From a virus (Duplodnaviria > Caudoviricetes): a DNA stretch of 64,000 nt. Below, piece by piece: positions 55,163 through 63,620 of this stretch. Below the pieces are notes generated by a model. The model ran no database searches, was not told where the DNA came from, and saw only the letters and a program-made list of their open reading frames with translations. Positions within the stretch are counted from its first letter, which is position 1; the number at the start of each line of letters is the position of its first letter. The position numbers and the translations under genes are program-made. The stretch covers positions 64,001 through 128,000 of the IMG/VR virus record IMGVR_UViG_3300014697_000001; one strand, given 5' to 3'.

Positions 55163-55335
55163 AGTATGTTATAGGGAGGATAGGTGCCACAGTGCCTCCG
55201 GGGTAGGATCAGGCGAGCGATCGGCAATGGCCATCGCCCCTGACTACCCACTATGCCGTCTCACCGAAATTCCGATAGATCAGTCGTTAGGCCTGTGCCT
55301 GATAAACTGATCTATCATCCCTTTATTTTTTTGAT
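55163..55335 (+). ncRNA. candidate small structured RNA (about 170 nt)
   Basis: Three stem-loops, TATGT start, CTTTATTTTTTTG end. Confidence 0.55.
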
Positions 55336-55341
55336 TCTAAC

Positions 55342-55372
55342 TTTTTTCAACCCTACATAGTACTGGTGATAT
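55342..55372 (+). promoter_or_regulatory. putative early promoter
   Basis: TTTTTTCAACCCTACATAGTACTGGTGATA. Confidence 0.65.
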
Positions 55373-55402
55373 ACCCCAGCAATCCCCTCAGGAGTCACGT
55401 CC

Positions 55403-55636
55403 ATGACTGACACAGTACCTAGCACGTGCCGTTTCTTCATGCCGCACCCCGAGACGGGGGTGATGGTCCCAGTAACCCGGTCAGCCATGTCATTCATGCC
55501 ACTGACCACGTTCCTTAAACGATCGTATTACCGGTTAGACGACGGGCGTTTCATTCGCAGCCTCACCGCGGCCGGAGGAGATGATCGCTCGTACCGTGAG
55601 CAGTTTCACAGACACTTACTCGAACAACTGATTTAA
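55403..55636 (+). CDS. hypothetical early protein
   Basis: AGGAG RBS. Confidence 0.7.
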   Translation: MTDTVPSTCRFFMPHPETGVMVPVTRSAMSFMPLTTFLKRSYYRLDDGRFIRSLTAAGGDDRSYREQFHRHLLEQLI

Positions 55637-55667
55637 CACCATTACCCTGTTCTTAGGAGAACTACCC

Positions 55668-56168
55668 ATGAATGTTCATACCCTCGATGTTTCCGCTATC
55701 GCCACCATTCTCTCCAAGACTGCGAATGTCGACGAGAGCAGCACCCGTGCGGTCGTTACCTTTGGTCGCGGCGCAGCCAACAAGGTGGTCTTCAACAAGA
55801 CCACCAAAGGTCAGCTGGACCTCAAGTCCGTGCAGATCGAATACCGTTGCACCTACACCCTGTACTTCAATCCCTGGGGTAGTTTGTCCGCTGCTGAGAA
55901 GCACCATGTAGCTGCAGCATGCATCGCCCTCGGTGTCGATCATTTCGTCATCGGGTACAACGATGTCGTCGGTCTGGTAAACAACTGCACTGAGGCTAAC
56001 CCCAAGGTGCGTGAAGTACCGGCCGCTGATCCGTGGGATGCTGTAGAACCTACAGTGGTGCGGACCTTTGGCACATCCACTCACACCCGGTCCCCTGAAA
56101 GTGCTTCAGTGGCCCTGGGTACCCTGTTGGGTATTGGCCTTGGCATGCTTTCATCCAAGCGCCGTTAA
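55668..56168 (+). CDS. hypothetical protein with C-terminal membrane anchor
   Basis: TCTTAGGAG RBS; VALGTLLGIGLGMLSSKRR tail. Confidence 0.8.
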   Translation: MNVHTLDVSAIATILSKTANVDESSTRAVVTFGRGAANKVVFNKTTKGQLDLKSVQIEYRCTYTLYFNPWGSLSAAEKHHVAAACIALGVDHFVIGYNDVVGLVNNCTEANPKVREVPAADPWDAVEPTVVRTFGTSTHTRSPESASVALGTLLGIGLGMLSSKRR

Positions 56169-56210
56169 TCACACCACCCGATTCACTACCGGCCCAAAGG
56201 AGGGCGCACC

Positions 56211-56375
56211 ATGTTTAAGAAACTGTTCGGTATCGACAACCGCGCCCTCAAATCCGATCTGGACCATACCGTACGCTTGCTCGAACTGGCAATGCGTCGC
56301 TGTGGCGTTCGCAGTCCAGAGGTTCTGGAATATGAACGTAAGATTGCGCACCTGGAATCAGCGCTTGGCATCTGA
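56211..56375 (+). CDS. 54-aa protein (not in ORF track)
   Basis: AAGGAGG RBS; MFKKLFGIDNRALKSDLDHTVRLLELAMRRCGVRSPEVLEYERKIAHLESALGI. Confidence 0.7.
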   Translation: MFKKLFGIDNRALKSDLDHTVRLLELAMRRCGVRSPEVLEYERKIAHLESALGI

Positions 56376-56394
56376 CTCACGGAAGGAGAATACG

Positions 56395-56748
56395 ATGAAT
56401 AACAATGACCTCTACACCATCATCAGGGCAGTGGAAGACCACGGTCATCAATTGCTCGATGATAACCTGCCAGGAACTCAGCTTGTAAAGGCTGACGCAG
56501 TCGGTATCCACCATTGGATGGGCCGTACGAGTATTGTCGCACTCTTTGAGGACAAGACTCAGTACATGCTCAACAGCATCTACCTCGACGTGACAGGTCG
56601 CCCGCATATCTCCACCGAGCATGTCGGTGGCCGGATCATGCCCACGGGTTACCTTGAGGATGCTGTGACGGAATACAACAATGCTGACAGCCACGCCAAA
56701 CACGGTCGTATCGACCACATTGTTCGGGCCAGCACCAAATACCTTTAA
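56395..56748 (+). CDS. hypothetical protein
   Basis: AAGGAG RBS before ATG 56395. Confidence 0.75.
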   Translation: MNNNDLYTIIRAVEDHGHQLLDDNLPGTQLVKADAVGIHHWMGRTSIVALFEDKTQYMLNSIYLDVTGRPHISTEHVGGRIMPTGYLEDAVTEYNNADSHAKHGRIDHIVRASTKYL

Positions 56749-56779
56749 ACAACTCGTACCCCATTTTAAGGATATCGCC

Positions 56780-57196
56780 ATGAACAAGCAAGAATACCTC
56801 GCTCTGCCTACCCCTACCCTGACTGCCCAGAACGCTGCAATCATCGAAGCGGTGAAAGCGGCTAACTTCATCCTTAAGGATGAGCATGACAGTACGGGTG
56901 AACGCACCGCACCCCTGTCTGGCGTAGCCGTGTACCAGGACGGCACCCGGCAGGAAGTCGTGGCGCTGTTCAATGGCGCTTACTCGCCATACTACTCGCT
57001 GAACCGTATCGCCGTTCGCAAGGACGGTAGCGTCGCAGTAACCCGTGATAACTGTGCCGGCACCGTCATGCATGCCACCGATGATCCGAAAGCCGACCTG
57101 GCAGGCATCATCGAAAACATCAATTGGGACGCTGTCGCGAAGTACCCATGCCTGGCTCCAGGCCAGTATTTCAACATCGTACTTAAGACTGCGTAA
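56780..57196 (+). CDS. hypothetical protein
   Basis: TAAGGA RBS before ATG 56780. Confidence 0.75.
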   Translation: MNKQEYLALPTPTLTAQNAAIIEAVKAANFILKDEHDSTGERTAPLSGVAVYQDGTRQEVVALFNGAYSPYYSLNRIAVRKDGSVAVTRDNCAGTVMHATDDPKADLAGIIENINWDAVAKYPCLAPGQYFNIVLKTA

Positions 57197-57249
57197 AAAT
57201 AGCTCCTCTAGACACCGTAACACCCACCCTAGTCTAGAGGAGACTCGTT

Positions 57250-57576
57250 ATGCGTACGTTAACGCAAACCGTTACCATTGGGGATTTCCGTAGCGGATAC
57301 ATCATCGATTTAATCGATGACTGTATCAGCAAGGATTCCATAACTGGTGACACGGTGACCATCAAAGTCATCGATGACTGTCCGGTAGTAGACATGGTCT
57401 ACATACCTGACGTCACCGGTTACAATGACGGAGCACCAATCTTCCCCACATCTGGTGGGGATTGGATGGAATTGAACGGTTGCCTTAGGGCAGTCGTGTC
57501 AATCCATCTGATACGAAGAGGCTATAACCTCTTTGTATACGGCAGGCACCAGATTCGTCTGGTGCCTGCTTGGTAA
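57250..57576 (+). CDS. hypothetical protein
   Basis: GAGGAG RBS (within hairpin 57203-57242). Confidence 0.7.
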   Translation: MRTLTQTVTIGDFRSGYIIDLIDDCISKDSITGDTVTIKVIDDCPVVDMVYIPDVTGYNDGAPIFPTSGGDWMELNGCLRAVVSIHLIRRGYNLFVYGRHQIRLVPAW

Positions 57577-57586
57577 AGGGAATAAG

Positions 57587-57627
57587 TGGAGGGGCGAAAA
57601 CCCCTCCATTCTTTTTTTCTTTTTTGT
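57587..57627. terminator. terminator between convergent operons
   Basis: tggagggg/cccctcca stem plus long T tract. Confidence 0.8.
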
Positions 57628-58347
57628 TCAGACCCGCAGGTTTTTCGGGTGCAGTCCCGCAACCAGTTTCTGCGTTACCTTGGCACAGCATTCGGCCTTG
57701 GTGATCTTGCCATCTTTGTTGATGTCAAGGCCTTTGTTCTGCACGTAGGTAGTTGGGCGAGTCTTTTCATCCCAGAGCACGTAGTCATCGGGCTTGCCAA
57801 CACCGACCGGCCAGAGAATACGCAGGTACACATCCCCCAGGTTTTTCAGCTTGCCTTTGTACGGAGCAAAGAATTTGTGCACGTAGATCAGCTGTTGTTC
57901 GGCCGTGAGCTTAAGTAGAGCCGGCAAGGTAATACCGACATCTTTCGCCGCGGCCGCACCAAACTGGATGAGTCCGTAGTAGGGAGCGCCGGCGCCGTTT
58001 TTGATCGTCGGGGAGAAGGTCTCGCCGGTTTCGAATGCCATGCATGCCATCAGGTCATCCGGACCATTGTCGGGCATTGCCAAGTTGTCACAGATGTGCT
58101 TGACGATGCGGATGAATTCGTCACTGACCTTTTCCGACCAGGCCGTAGCCTTGCAATAGTCCAGGAAGATTGTATCAAGGTCATGTTCCTCAACCGCCCG
58201 CTTGCGCGCGGCTTCAGAAAGACGCCTGGCGTTCATGAAAGACCCATGACTCAATGGACCCCAGGCACCGTCGATGGCACCGGTATAAAGACCCATGGCT
58301 TTCATACTGCGCTGAAGTGATTTCAGTTGATTAACCGTTGCCGCCAT
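57628..58347 (-). CDS. modular endolysin: peptidoglycan-binding domain plus lysozyme-like/transglycosylase domain
   Basis: LQ..M...GLY.G.IDG.WGP; LMACMAFET, GLIQF, QQL.YV..FF, Y..ILWP, N.GLD.NKDG.IT. Confidence 0.85.
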   Translation of the reverse strand: MAATVNQLKSLQRSMKAMGLYTGAIDGAWGPLSHGSFMNARRLSEAARKRAVEEHDLDTIFLDYCKATAWSEKVSDEFIRIVKHICDNLAMPDNGPDDLMACMAFETGETFSPTIKNGAGAPYYGLIQFGAAAAKDVGITLPALLKLTAEQQLIYVHKFFAPYKGKLKNLGDVYLRILWPVGVGKPDDYVLWDEKTRPTTYVQNKGLDINKDGKITKAECCAKVTQKLVAGLHPKNLRV

Positions 58348-58993
58348 TTTGCACCTCAAACCGCTGGGTGAAGTCCAGGACGATTGTATCGATCATGGCC
58401 TTCAGGTTAGTGAACGGTGTATCGCGAACGGTGTACTCGGTATCATCCAGCGCACTGCCGGCATGATGAGCCATGTACTTGAGGCCTTGCCCCACCAACG
58501 TCAGTGGCGTAACAGGACTGTTTTCATACCGGGTGATATGGATACCGTTGCGATACTCCATACCTTTTGCAGCGATTAGCCGCGGAATCGCGATACTGGC
58601 AGTCTGATCGGCCGCTGCCTGGGCGTAGGTTTCCAGATTCAATGGCGGGGTAGTGAGCTTGACATTAAGGAAGTCGTTGATGATCCCATCTTCAAGATAC
58701 AGCATGTCCTGGGTGCTACTGATTTTATTGCGCATGTAGAACGTGGTGTGGTTTGGCCGGTCCTTGGGTTGGTACAGGGTGGCGATGCCGCCGTTATACG
58801 GAGCCGGTTCGCTTTCTCGCCAGTACTCAATCTGATACCCGATCAGGGCATAGACATATTGCGAGGCATAGTTGAATACGGTTGCTTTTCGAATGCGGCA
58901 GTTGGCATTCATGACAGGGCCCTGTGCAGTATCGAGCCGGTGAACCATGAATTCACCCCGATCAGGGCCGTGGTAAAGTTCGAGTGTAGTCAT
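58331..58993 (-). CDS. hypothetical protein in rSAM/oxygenase operon
   Basis: Overlaps both neighbours. Confidence 0.75.
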   Translation of the reverse strand: MTTLELYHGPDRGEFMVHRLDTAQGPVMNANCRIRKATVFNYASQYVYALIGYQIEYWRESEPAPYNGGIATLYQPKDRPNHTTFYMRNKISSTQDMLYLEDGIINDFLNVKLTTPPLNLETYAQAAADQTASIAIPRLIAAKGMEYRNGIHITRYENSPVTPLTLVGQGLKYMAHHAGSALDDTEYTVRDTPFTNLKAMIDTIVLDFTQRFEVQNGGNG

Positions 58994-59454
58994 TGCTTAA
59001 AGAACTCCATGTCTATGTGTCCATTGAGGTAGTTTGATACCAGAGCTGCACGCAGCTCGCCATTTATGGATGGCTTTACCAGATGAATTACATCCCCTCG
59101 GATGATAACCATTCTACCTTGCCGAGGTTTGATTTCCAAAGCTTCGTTGTCTGGATCGACCACCAACTCACCTTCTGCGTCCAGAAGATAGAGGATCGAA
59201 GTCAGGTGGTACGGGAGGTGGTCATGGGGAGTGACTCCTTCAATACCGACGTGGACGTGCCCACACACCATCCAGAGCGAGGGGGTAGCATCCGGATGAT
59301 TGGCAAAAACGATGTCGCGAAGAACCGATTTCATGTAGTCGTTTATTCGCGGATCGGTGATGTGCGAGAGTTCCTTTTCCGCATACATGGCATCAAGAAG
59401 CCACTCCGGTGGTTCAATGCCTTCAACGATGATATAATCGCCTGGTTTGATCAT
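58990..59454 (-). CDS. 2OG-Fe(II) oxygenase-like (type B')
   Basis: PHDH, LTSILYL, P..GRMVII....H.V, R. Confidence 0.8.
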   Translation of the reverse strand: MIKPGDYIIVEGIEPPEWLLDAMYAEKELSHITDPRINDYMKSVLRDIVFANHPDATPSLWMVCGHVHVGIEGVTPHDHLPYHLTSILYLLDAEGELVVDPDNEALEIKPRQGRMVIIRGDVIHLVKPSINGELRAALVSNYLNGHIDMEFFKQ

Positions 59455-59464
59455 GATACGACAC

Positions 59465-60013
59465 TCACACAAAGTAGCATTCGTTAACCAATGAGAGACG
59501 CATGTCCTCATTGACAGTTGGGACACTGTGCTGGATGTAGCTCGGGATTATCCACAGATCGCCGGCCTTGGGCGTGACGCGATAGTTATCAAAATGCTCA
59601 TCGCGTATTCTGCGTGAATAACCGCGTGATGCAGTGAATCGCGGATCGCTGACCATCAGTCCCGAGGTGTAATCAAAGGGGTAAAATATACTGGTGATGC
59701 CCGAACTGCCGTGAATGTGAGCACCCAGTTCGGTGCCTCGCTTGATCCATTTGCCAAATGTGTCGAGCACCATATCCTGAGGTTCAATGTTAAAGACCTC
59801 ACGGATGTAACGGTGAAGGGCATCGGTTATCAACCCATCGCGAAATGCGCAGATGAGTGGAAATTCCTCTGCAGTGACCACATAAGGTATCTTTGATTCG
59901 GGTGGTGTGGCGTCGTTCAACAGAAAGATTTCATTCGCCAGCCCCTCTATATCCACCTGACCGGCAAAGTTGACGCATGCCAGTTTGATTCTCCAAGGCT
60001 CAATAAAGTCCAT
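59465..60013 (-). CDS. 2OG-Fe(II) oxygenase-like (type A', TIGR02466-like)
   Basis: AHIH, ITSIFYP, DPR, PKAGDL.IIPSY..HSV, RLS. Confidence 0.85.
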   Translation of the reverse strand: MDFIEPWRIKLACVNFAGQVDIEGLANEIFLLNDATPPESKIPYVVTAEEFPLICAFRDGLITDALHRYIREVFNIEPQDMVLDTFGKWIKRGTELGAHIHGSSGITSIFYPFDYTSGLMVSDPRFTASRGYSRRIRDEHFDNYRVTPKAGDLWIIPSYIQHSVPTVNEDMRLSLVNECYFV

Positions 60014-60554
60014 TGTCGCGATTCTCCCATCGGTTGGTTCGCAAGATAGTGAATATGACGTCTTTATCGAGTCCTTCAGGCGTTGCCTCGGCCAAGGGCC
60101 TGAGTTCGTCACTGTCCGATATATCGCAGACTATACCCACACGCAGTTCCGGATGTGGCGACGGATGTGCCGAATGCACTGTACTGCCACGAATGATCAC
60201 TAATCTGCCGGCTTTTGGAAAGACTTCAACAGCCTCTCCCAATGGGTCTACAACAAGGGCGCCTTCTGCATCGGTCAGATAGAGAATTGCAGTCAACAGA
60301 TAGGGTCCGTGATCATGGACACCGACTCCATAATTCCCTTGAAGTACGTGTGCCGTTGCAGCAAACGCACCCCGATGACCGGCACCATGACTGGAAATTG
60401 CCAATGGTGCGAGTATGTCGCGTGCGTAAGGCCAGATGATCTCGTCTCTAACCTGCGACTTATCCGGATAAATCAGGCATTCATGGATTAACTTCTCGTC
60501 GAACTCAACCCCGTCGATAATGATGTATTCGCCATCGGCTATCATAGCGGTCAC
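60000..60554 (-). CDS. 2OG-Fe(II) oxygenase-like (type B)
   Basis: VHDH, LTAILYL, PKAGRLVII....HS, R. Confidence 0.8.
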   Translation of the reverse strand: MTAMIADGEYIIIDGVEFDEKLIHECLIYPDKSQVRDEIIWPYARDILAPLAISSHGAGHRGAFAATAHVLQGNYGVGVHDHGPYLLTAILYLTDAEGALVVDPLGEAVEVFPKAGRLVIIRGSTVHSAHPSPHPELRVGIVCDISDSDELRPLAEATPEGLDKDVIFTILRTNRWENRDNGLY

Positions 60555-60559
60555 CGACT

Positions 60560-61126
60560 CTAAACGTTCTTACGAAGGTAGTATTCGTGTAGCAGTGACA
60601 GTCTTACGTCCTCTTTTACATAGGACACGCTGTGCTGGATGTAGCTCGGAAAGATGTATACATCGCCTGCGCGCGGTGTGATTTTTACAGTCGAGAAGAA
60701 TTTGTCACGGATTTCCTTAGGGTATCCTCGACAGGCATTGACCCTGGGATCGAACATATTCAGGCCCGAGACGGAATCACTTGGGTACACAATCGCGCTG
60801 ATGCAGGAGCCGGGATGATAATGCGGAAACAACCCTTCGCCTTCCGGAATCCATTTGGCATTGGTCTCTACCTCATATCGTCCGGTGATGTCGTATTCGA
60901 ACACTTCATTGGAATACTCACACACCTTAGGCGTGATGATCTGGTCACGGGTATGCATGAGGATTGGGATCAGCTCAGGGTCTAGAAACTTCTGGTCGAT
61001 GTCTTCATCGGTGGCCATGTTGTTAAGCATGAAGACTTCATTATTCAGTTCGTTGACATCGATGCCAAAGTCGGTAGCCAGGTTGAAATGACCCAGTTGA
61101 ATCTTCCAAGGATGAATGATGTTCAT
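60560..61126 (-). CDS. 2OG-Fe(II) oxygenase-like (type A, TIGR02466-like)
   Basis: PHYH, ISAIVYP, DPR, PRAGDV.IFPSY..HSV, RLS. Confidence 0.85.
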   Translation of the reverse strand: MNIIHPWKIQLGHFNLATDFGIDVNELNNEVFMLNNMATDEDIDQKFLDPELIPILMHTRDQIITPKVCEYSNEVFEYDITGRYEVETNAKWIPEGEGLFPHYHPGSCISAIVYPSDSVSGLNMFDPRVNACRGYPKEIRDKFFSTVKITPRAGDVYIFPSYIQHSVSYVKEDVRLSLLHEYYLRKNV

Positions 61127-61572
61127 ACGTCACCTGCATTGTTGATTTGTTCAAGTCCTTGCTCGGTACATTCCAGGTAGAAATACCTGACCGTCTGAGG
61201 CGACCAGCCGGTCTCGAGCCAATTTGGCAGGGTGTTCACCGCTGCCAGAATTTTTTCATAGGTGTCAGGGTCTTGACTGTAAGGTACAAAGTACTGGTCA
61301 TGACCCATAAACAGGTCGGGATCGTCCAGGCTTTCTTGAATATCGAACCCATAGACTTCGTGCAACTTGGTGGCATAGATCACTGCCACGGCATAGCTCT
61401 TGGCTGGATAGATCAACGGGAATGTAGCACTGGTATAGTAATGCAGGGCATTGTTGACCAGTTCGGGATGTTCGATGATTTCCATTTTGGCAAAATCATC
61501 ACTGTGGTCTAGGACAAGTTCATGATAGAGACGTTGGTATTCTTTATAGATAGAACGATCAGTCATCACCAC
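61123..61572 (-). CDS. hypothetical protein accompanying radical SAM cluster
   Basis: IYPAKSYAVAVIYA and L.DPDLF...D.YF.PY motifs; coupled to both neighbours. Confidence 0.75.
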   Translation of the reverse strand: MVMTDRSIYKEYQRLYHELVLDHSDDFAKMEIIEHPELVNNALHYYTSATFPLIYPAKSYAVAVIYATKLHEVYGFDIQESLDDPDLFMGHDQYFVPYSQDPDTYEKILAAVNTLPNWLETGWSPQTVRYFYLECTEQGLEQINNAGDV

Positions 61573-62614
61573 GCACCGGATTCGTAGAAGGGTTGAGGTC
61601 CCAGCGGTTTTTCATATCCAACAGACATTCATCATGACCGATATGATGCATGATGAGTTGGACATCGCCACGGGCACAGTGATCCATGAAACAACAATCG
61701 CCACACGCAGGATGGTTGCTGTAGTTCAGCAAGTTATTGTAGTACATTTCCGAGCGGTAGTCTATTACCGCCTCGGCTGTCCACGGACGAGGCACAATAA
61801 ACGCATCCGAAAACAGAGGAAACTTTTCCATGAGCACCGGGGTGTAATAGAGTTCGCCTCGATGATAAACCACCTCAACACTGTCCGAAACTGTAGGGAT
61901 CAGGTATCGGTTGTACCGCGTGTCTTTGCACTCATGGATACCTCTTGTAAATGCTGCGAAATCCCGTATAAATTCCTGACGAACCAGCAGATTATCGAGA
62001 CCTCGCCTGGAGTGAGGGAAGACATACTCCACCAGCTTTTCCATGCCGATGTCCAGTTCCTGAACCATTTGGTTGTTGGTCAGTGAGAACTCCTCGACGC
62101 TGGCATTGACCATGTTTATTGTCAGGTAGACCAGCTTGAACTGGGTCTCGTGCATGTGTTCATTCAGTATCTGAATCCGGCGCTTGATCATCGCCAGGTA
62201 TTTGGGATTGCCTGCATTTTTCAAGGTGGCTGGAACCACAAGGCGAAACTTCTTCCCCGCCATTAATCGGTCAACCTTCTTGGCAAACTCCACCAAGCCA
62301 GTATCAAATAACAATGCCAGTGACACGGTCAATGAGCTGTATCGTTCGGCCAGGTCTTTAACTAATGGGCTGTCTAGAATCGACAGCCCTGACTTGGACG
62401 AGACTACATCCGTAGGGCCTAACGTCAGCTCGTGCAAGCGATAACCGGCCTCTTTCATCTGGTCTGCTAGAATGATGAGACGCTCGTGATCACCGGGGCC
62501 GACAAAATCACTGGTAGCATTTTTATCGATAGCGCAATCGGCGCAGGAATATCCACAACCCTTTAAAATCTCAAGCGTAATGTTAAACGCCAGATCACTT
62601 TGATTGGACAGCAT
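61559..62614 (-). CDS. radical SAM-like protein with C-terminal Cys cluster
   Basis: CGYSCADC (CxxxCxxC); CGDCCFMDHC...C. Confidence 0.85.
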   Translation of the reverse strand: MLSNQSDLAFNITLEILKGCGYSCADCAIDKNATSDFVGPGDHERLIILADQMKEAGYRLHELTLGPTDVVSSKSGLSILDSPLVKDLAERYSSLTVSLALLFDTGLVEFAKKVDRLMAGKKFRLVVPATLKNAGNPKYLAMIKRRIQILNEHMHETQFKLVYLTINMVNASVEEFSLTNNQMVQELDIGMEKLVEYVFPHSRRGLDNLLVRQEFIRDFAAFTRGIHECKDTRYNRYLIPTVSDSVEVVYHRGELYYTPVLMEKFPLFSDAFIVPRPWTAEAVIDYRSEMYYNNLLNYSNHPACGDCCFMDHCARGDVQLIMHHIGHDECLLDMKNRWDLNPSTNPVRGDD

Positions 62615-63620
62615 ATTGCAGCCCCACTAAGCATTCTCGTATGGAGAGCATTTCCATGATGGTGGTGATCCCCTTTTCACTACAGCTGCTGAGGTACTCG
62701 CACGTTTCACAAGCAGTACCGGCGATATGCTTAAGTGAGCTCTCCAATGCCTTGCTACGGTGTGCTAGCAGGTTATCCATTGTCCAGGGACGCTTGATCA
62801 CGAACGCCTCGTTAAGGAAGGCATAGTCGTCTTTAAGGAAGGGTACCCAGTGAAGCTTTCCATCGGTATAAAGCAGGTTGACCATGGTGCCGGTGTCTAG
62901 GCACAGGTCAGGGTTCCGACGCCGTTCATCGACCCCGGTGAGCTCACTGTAAAATGAGCTGATTCGATGTGAGATGGCTTTAACCGATTCGCTGGTGGTC
63001 AGATCCAACCGCATCGACCGACCATAGGGAATGTTGAGAATATCGTCCTTGTCTACGGGAAATTCGACATCAAACCCCTTGAGCATCCGGTCTTCGAAAT
63101 CATCGGTCACGGTGTCTCTGGTACAGTTTATGACAAAACCCGCTTCGTTGAGGTAGGCTCTTTTCAGAGTATTTTTGATAAAGGTTAACTTACTGTCGAT
63201 CATTTTCCCAAACTTACCCGTCTTAAAGAAATCAGGGGCGGCCGGGATCAAAAAACGTATTGCCTTACCGGGAAATGCATCATCGATTTCTCGACACATC
63301 TTGGCGTAATTGTCAAGGTTCTTATCGAGAAAGGCAGCATTGATGGTCACCTGTTCAAACATCTGGCCCAGTTCTTTGACGATCGGGTTTTGGAAGACTT
63401 CCAGGCTGTTGTCTGCAGACATGTAATCTGTCGGACCCATGCCAAGGTCAAACGCTACATACCCGGCACTGCGCATCTCATTGATCAGCGCCAGTAACTC
63501 GGGCAGGTCGTAGATATCGCCTCCCAGGGTACGGTCTATCATACACCCAGAACACGAGTGCGCACAGCCTTTAAAAATGTCAAGCGTGATTTCCAGACGC
63601 TGCCTATGGGGTACTTTCAT
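62595..63620 (-). CDS. radical SAM-like protein with C-terminal Cys cluster
   Basis: CAHSCSGC (CxxxCxxC); CETCEYLSSC...C. Confidence 0.85.
   Translation of the reverse strand: MKVPHRQRLEITLDIFKGCAHSCSGCMIDRTLGGDIYDLPELLALINEMRSAGYVAFDLGMGPTDYMSADNSLEVFQNPIVKELGQMFEQVTINAAFLDKNLDNYAKMCREIDDAFPGKAIRFLIPAAPDFFKTGKFGKMIDSKLTFIKNTLKRAYLNEAGFVINCTRDTVTDDFEDRMLKGFDVEFPVDKDDILNIPYGRSMRLDLTTSESVKAISHRISSFYSELTGVDERRRNPDLCLDTGTMVNLLYTDGKLHWVPFLKDDYAFLNEAFVIKRPWTMDNLLAHRSKALESSLKHIAGTACETCEYLSSCSEKGITTIMEMLSIRECLVGLQYAVQSK

Noticed and set aside
56068-56394. Long N-terminal extension of ORF 56068-56748
   Set aside because: Region is occupied by the end of 55668-56168 and the 54-aa gene 56211-56375; real start has RBS at 56395
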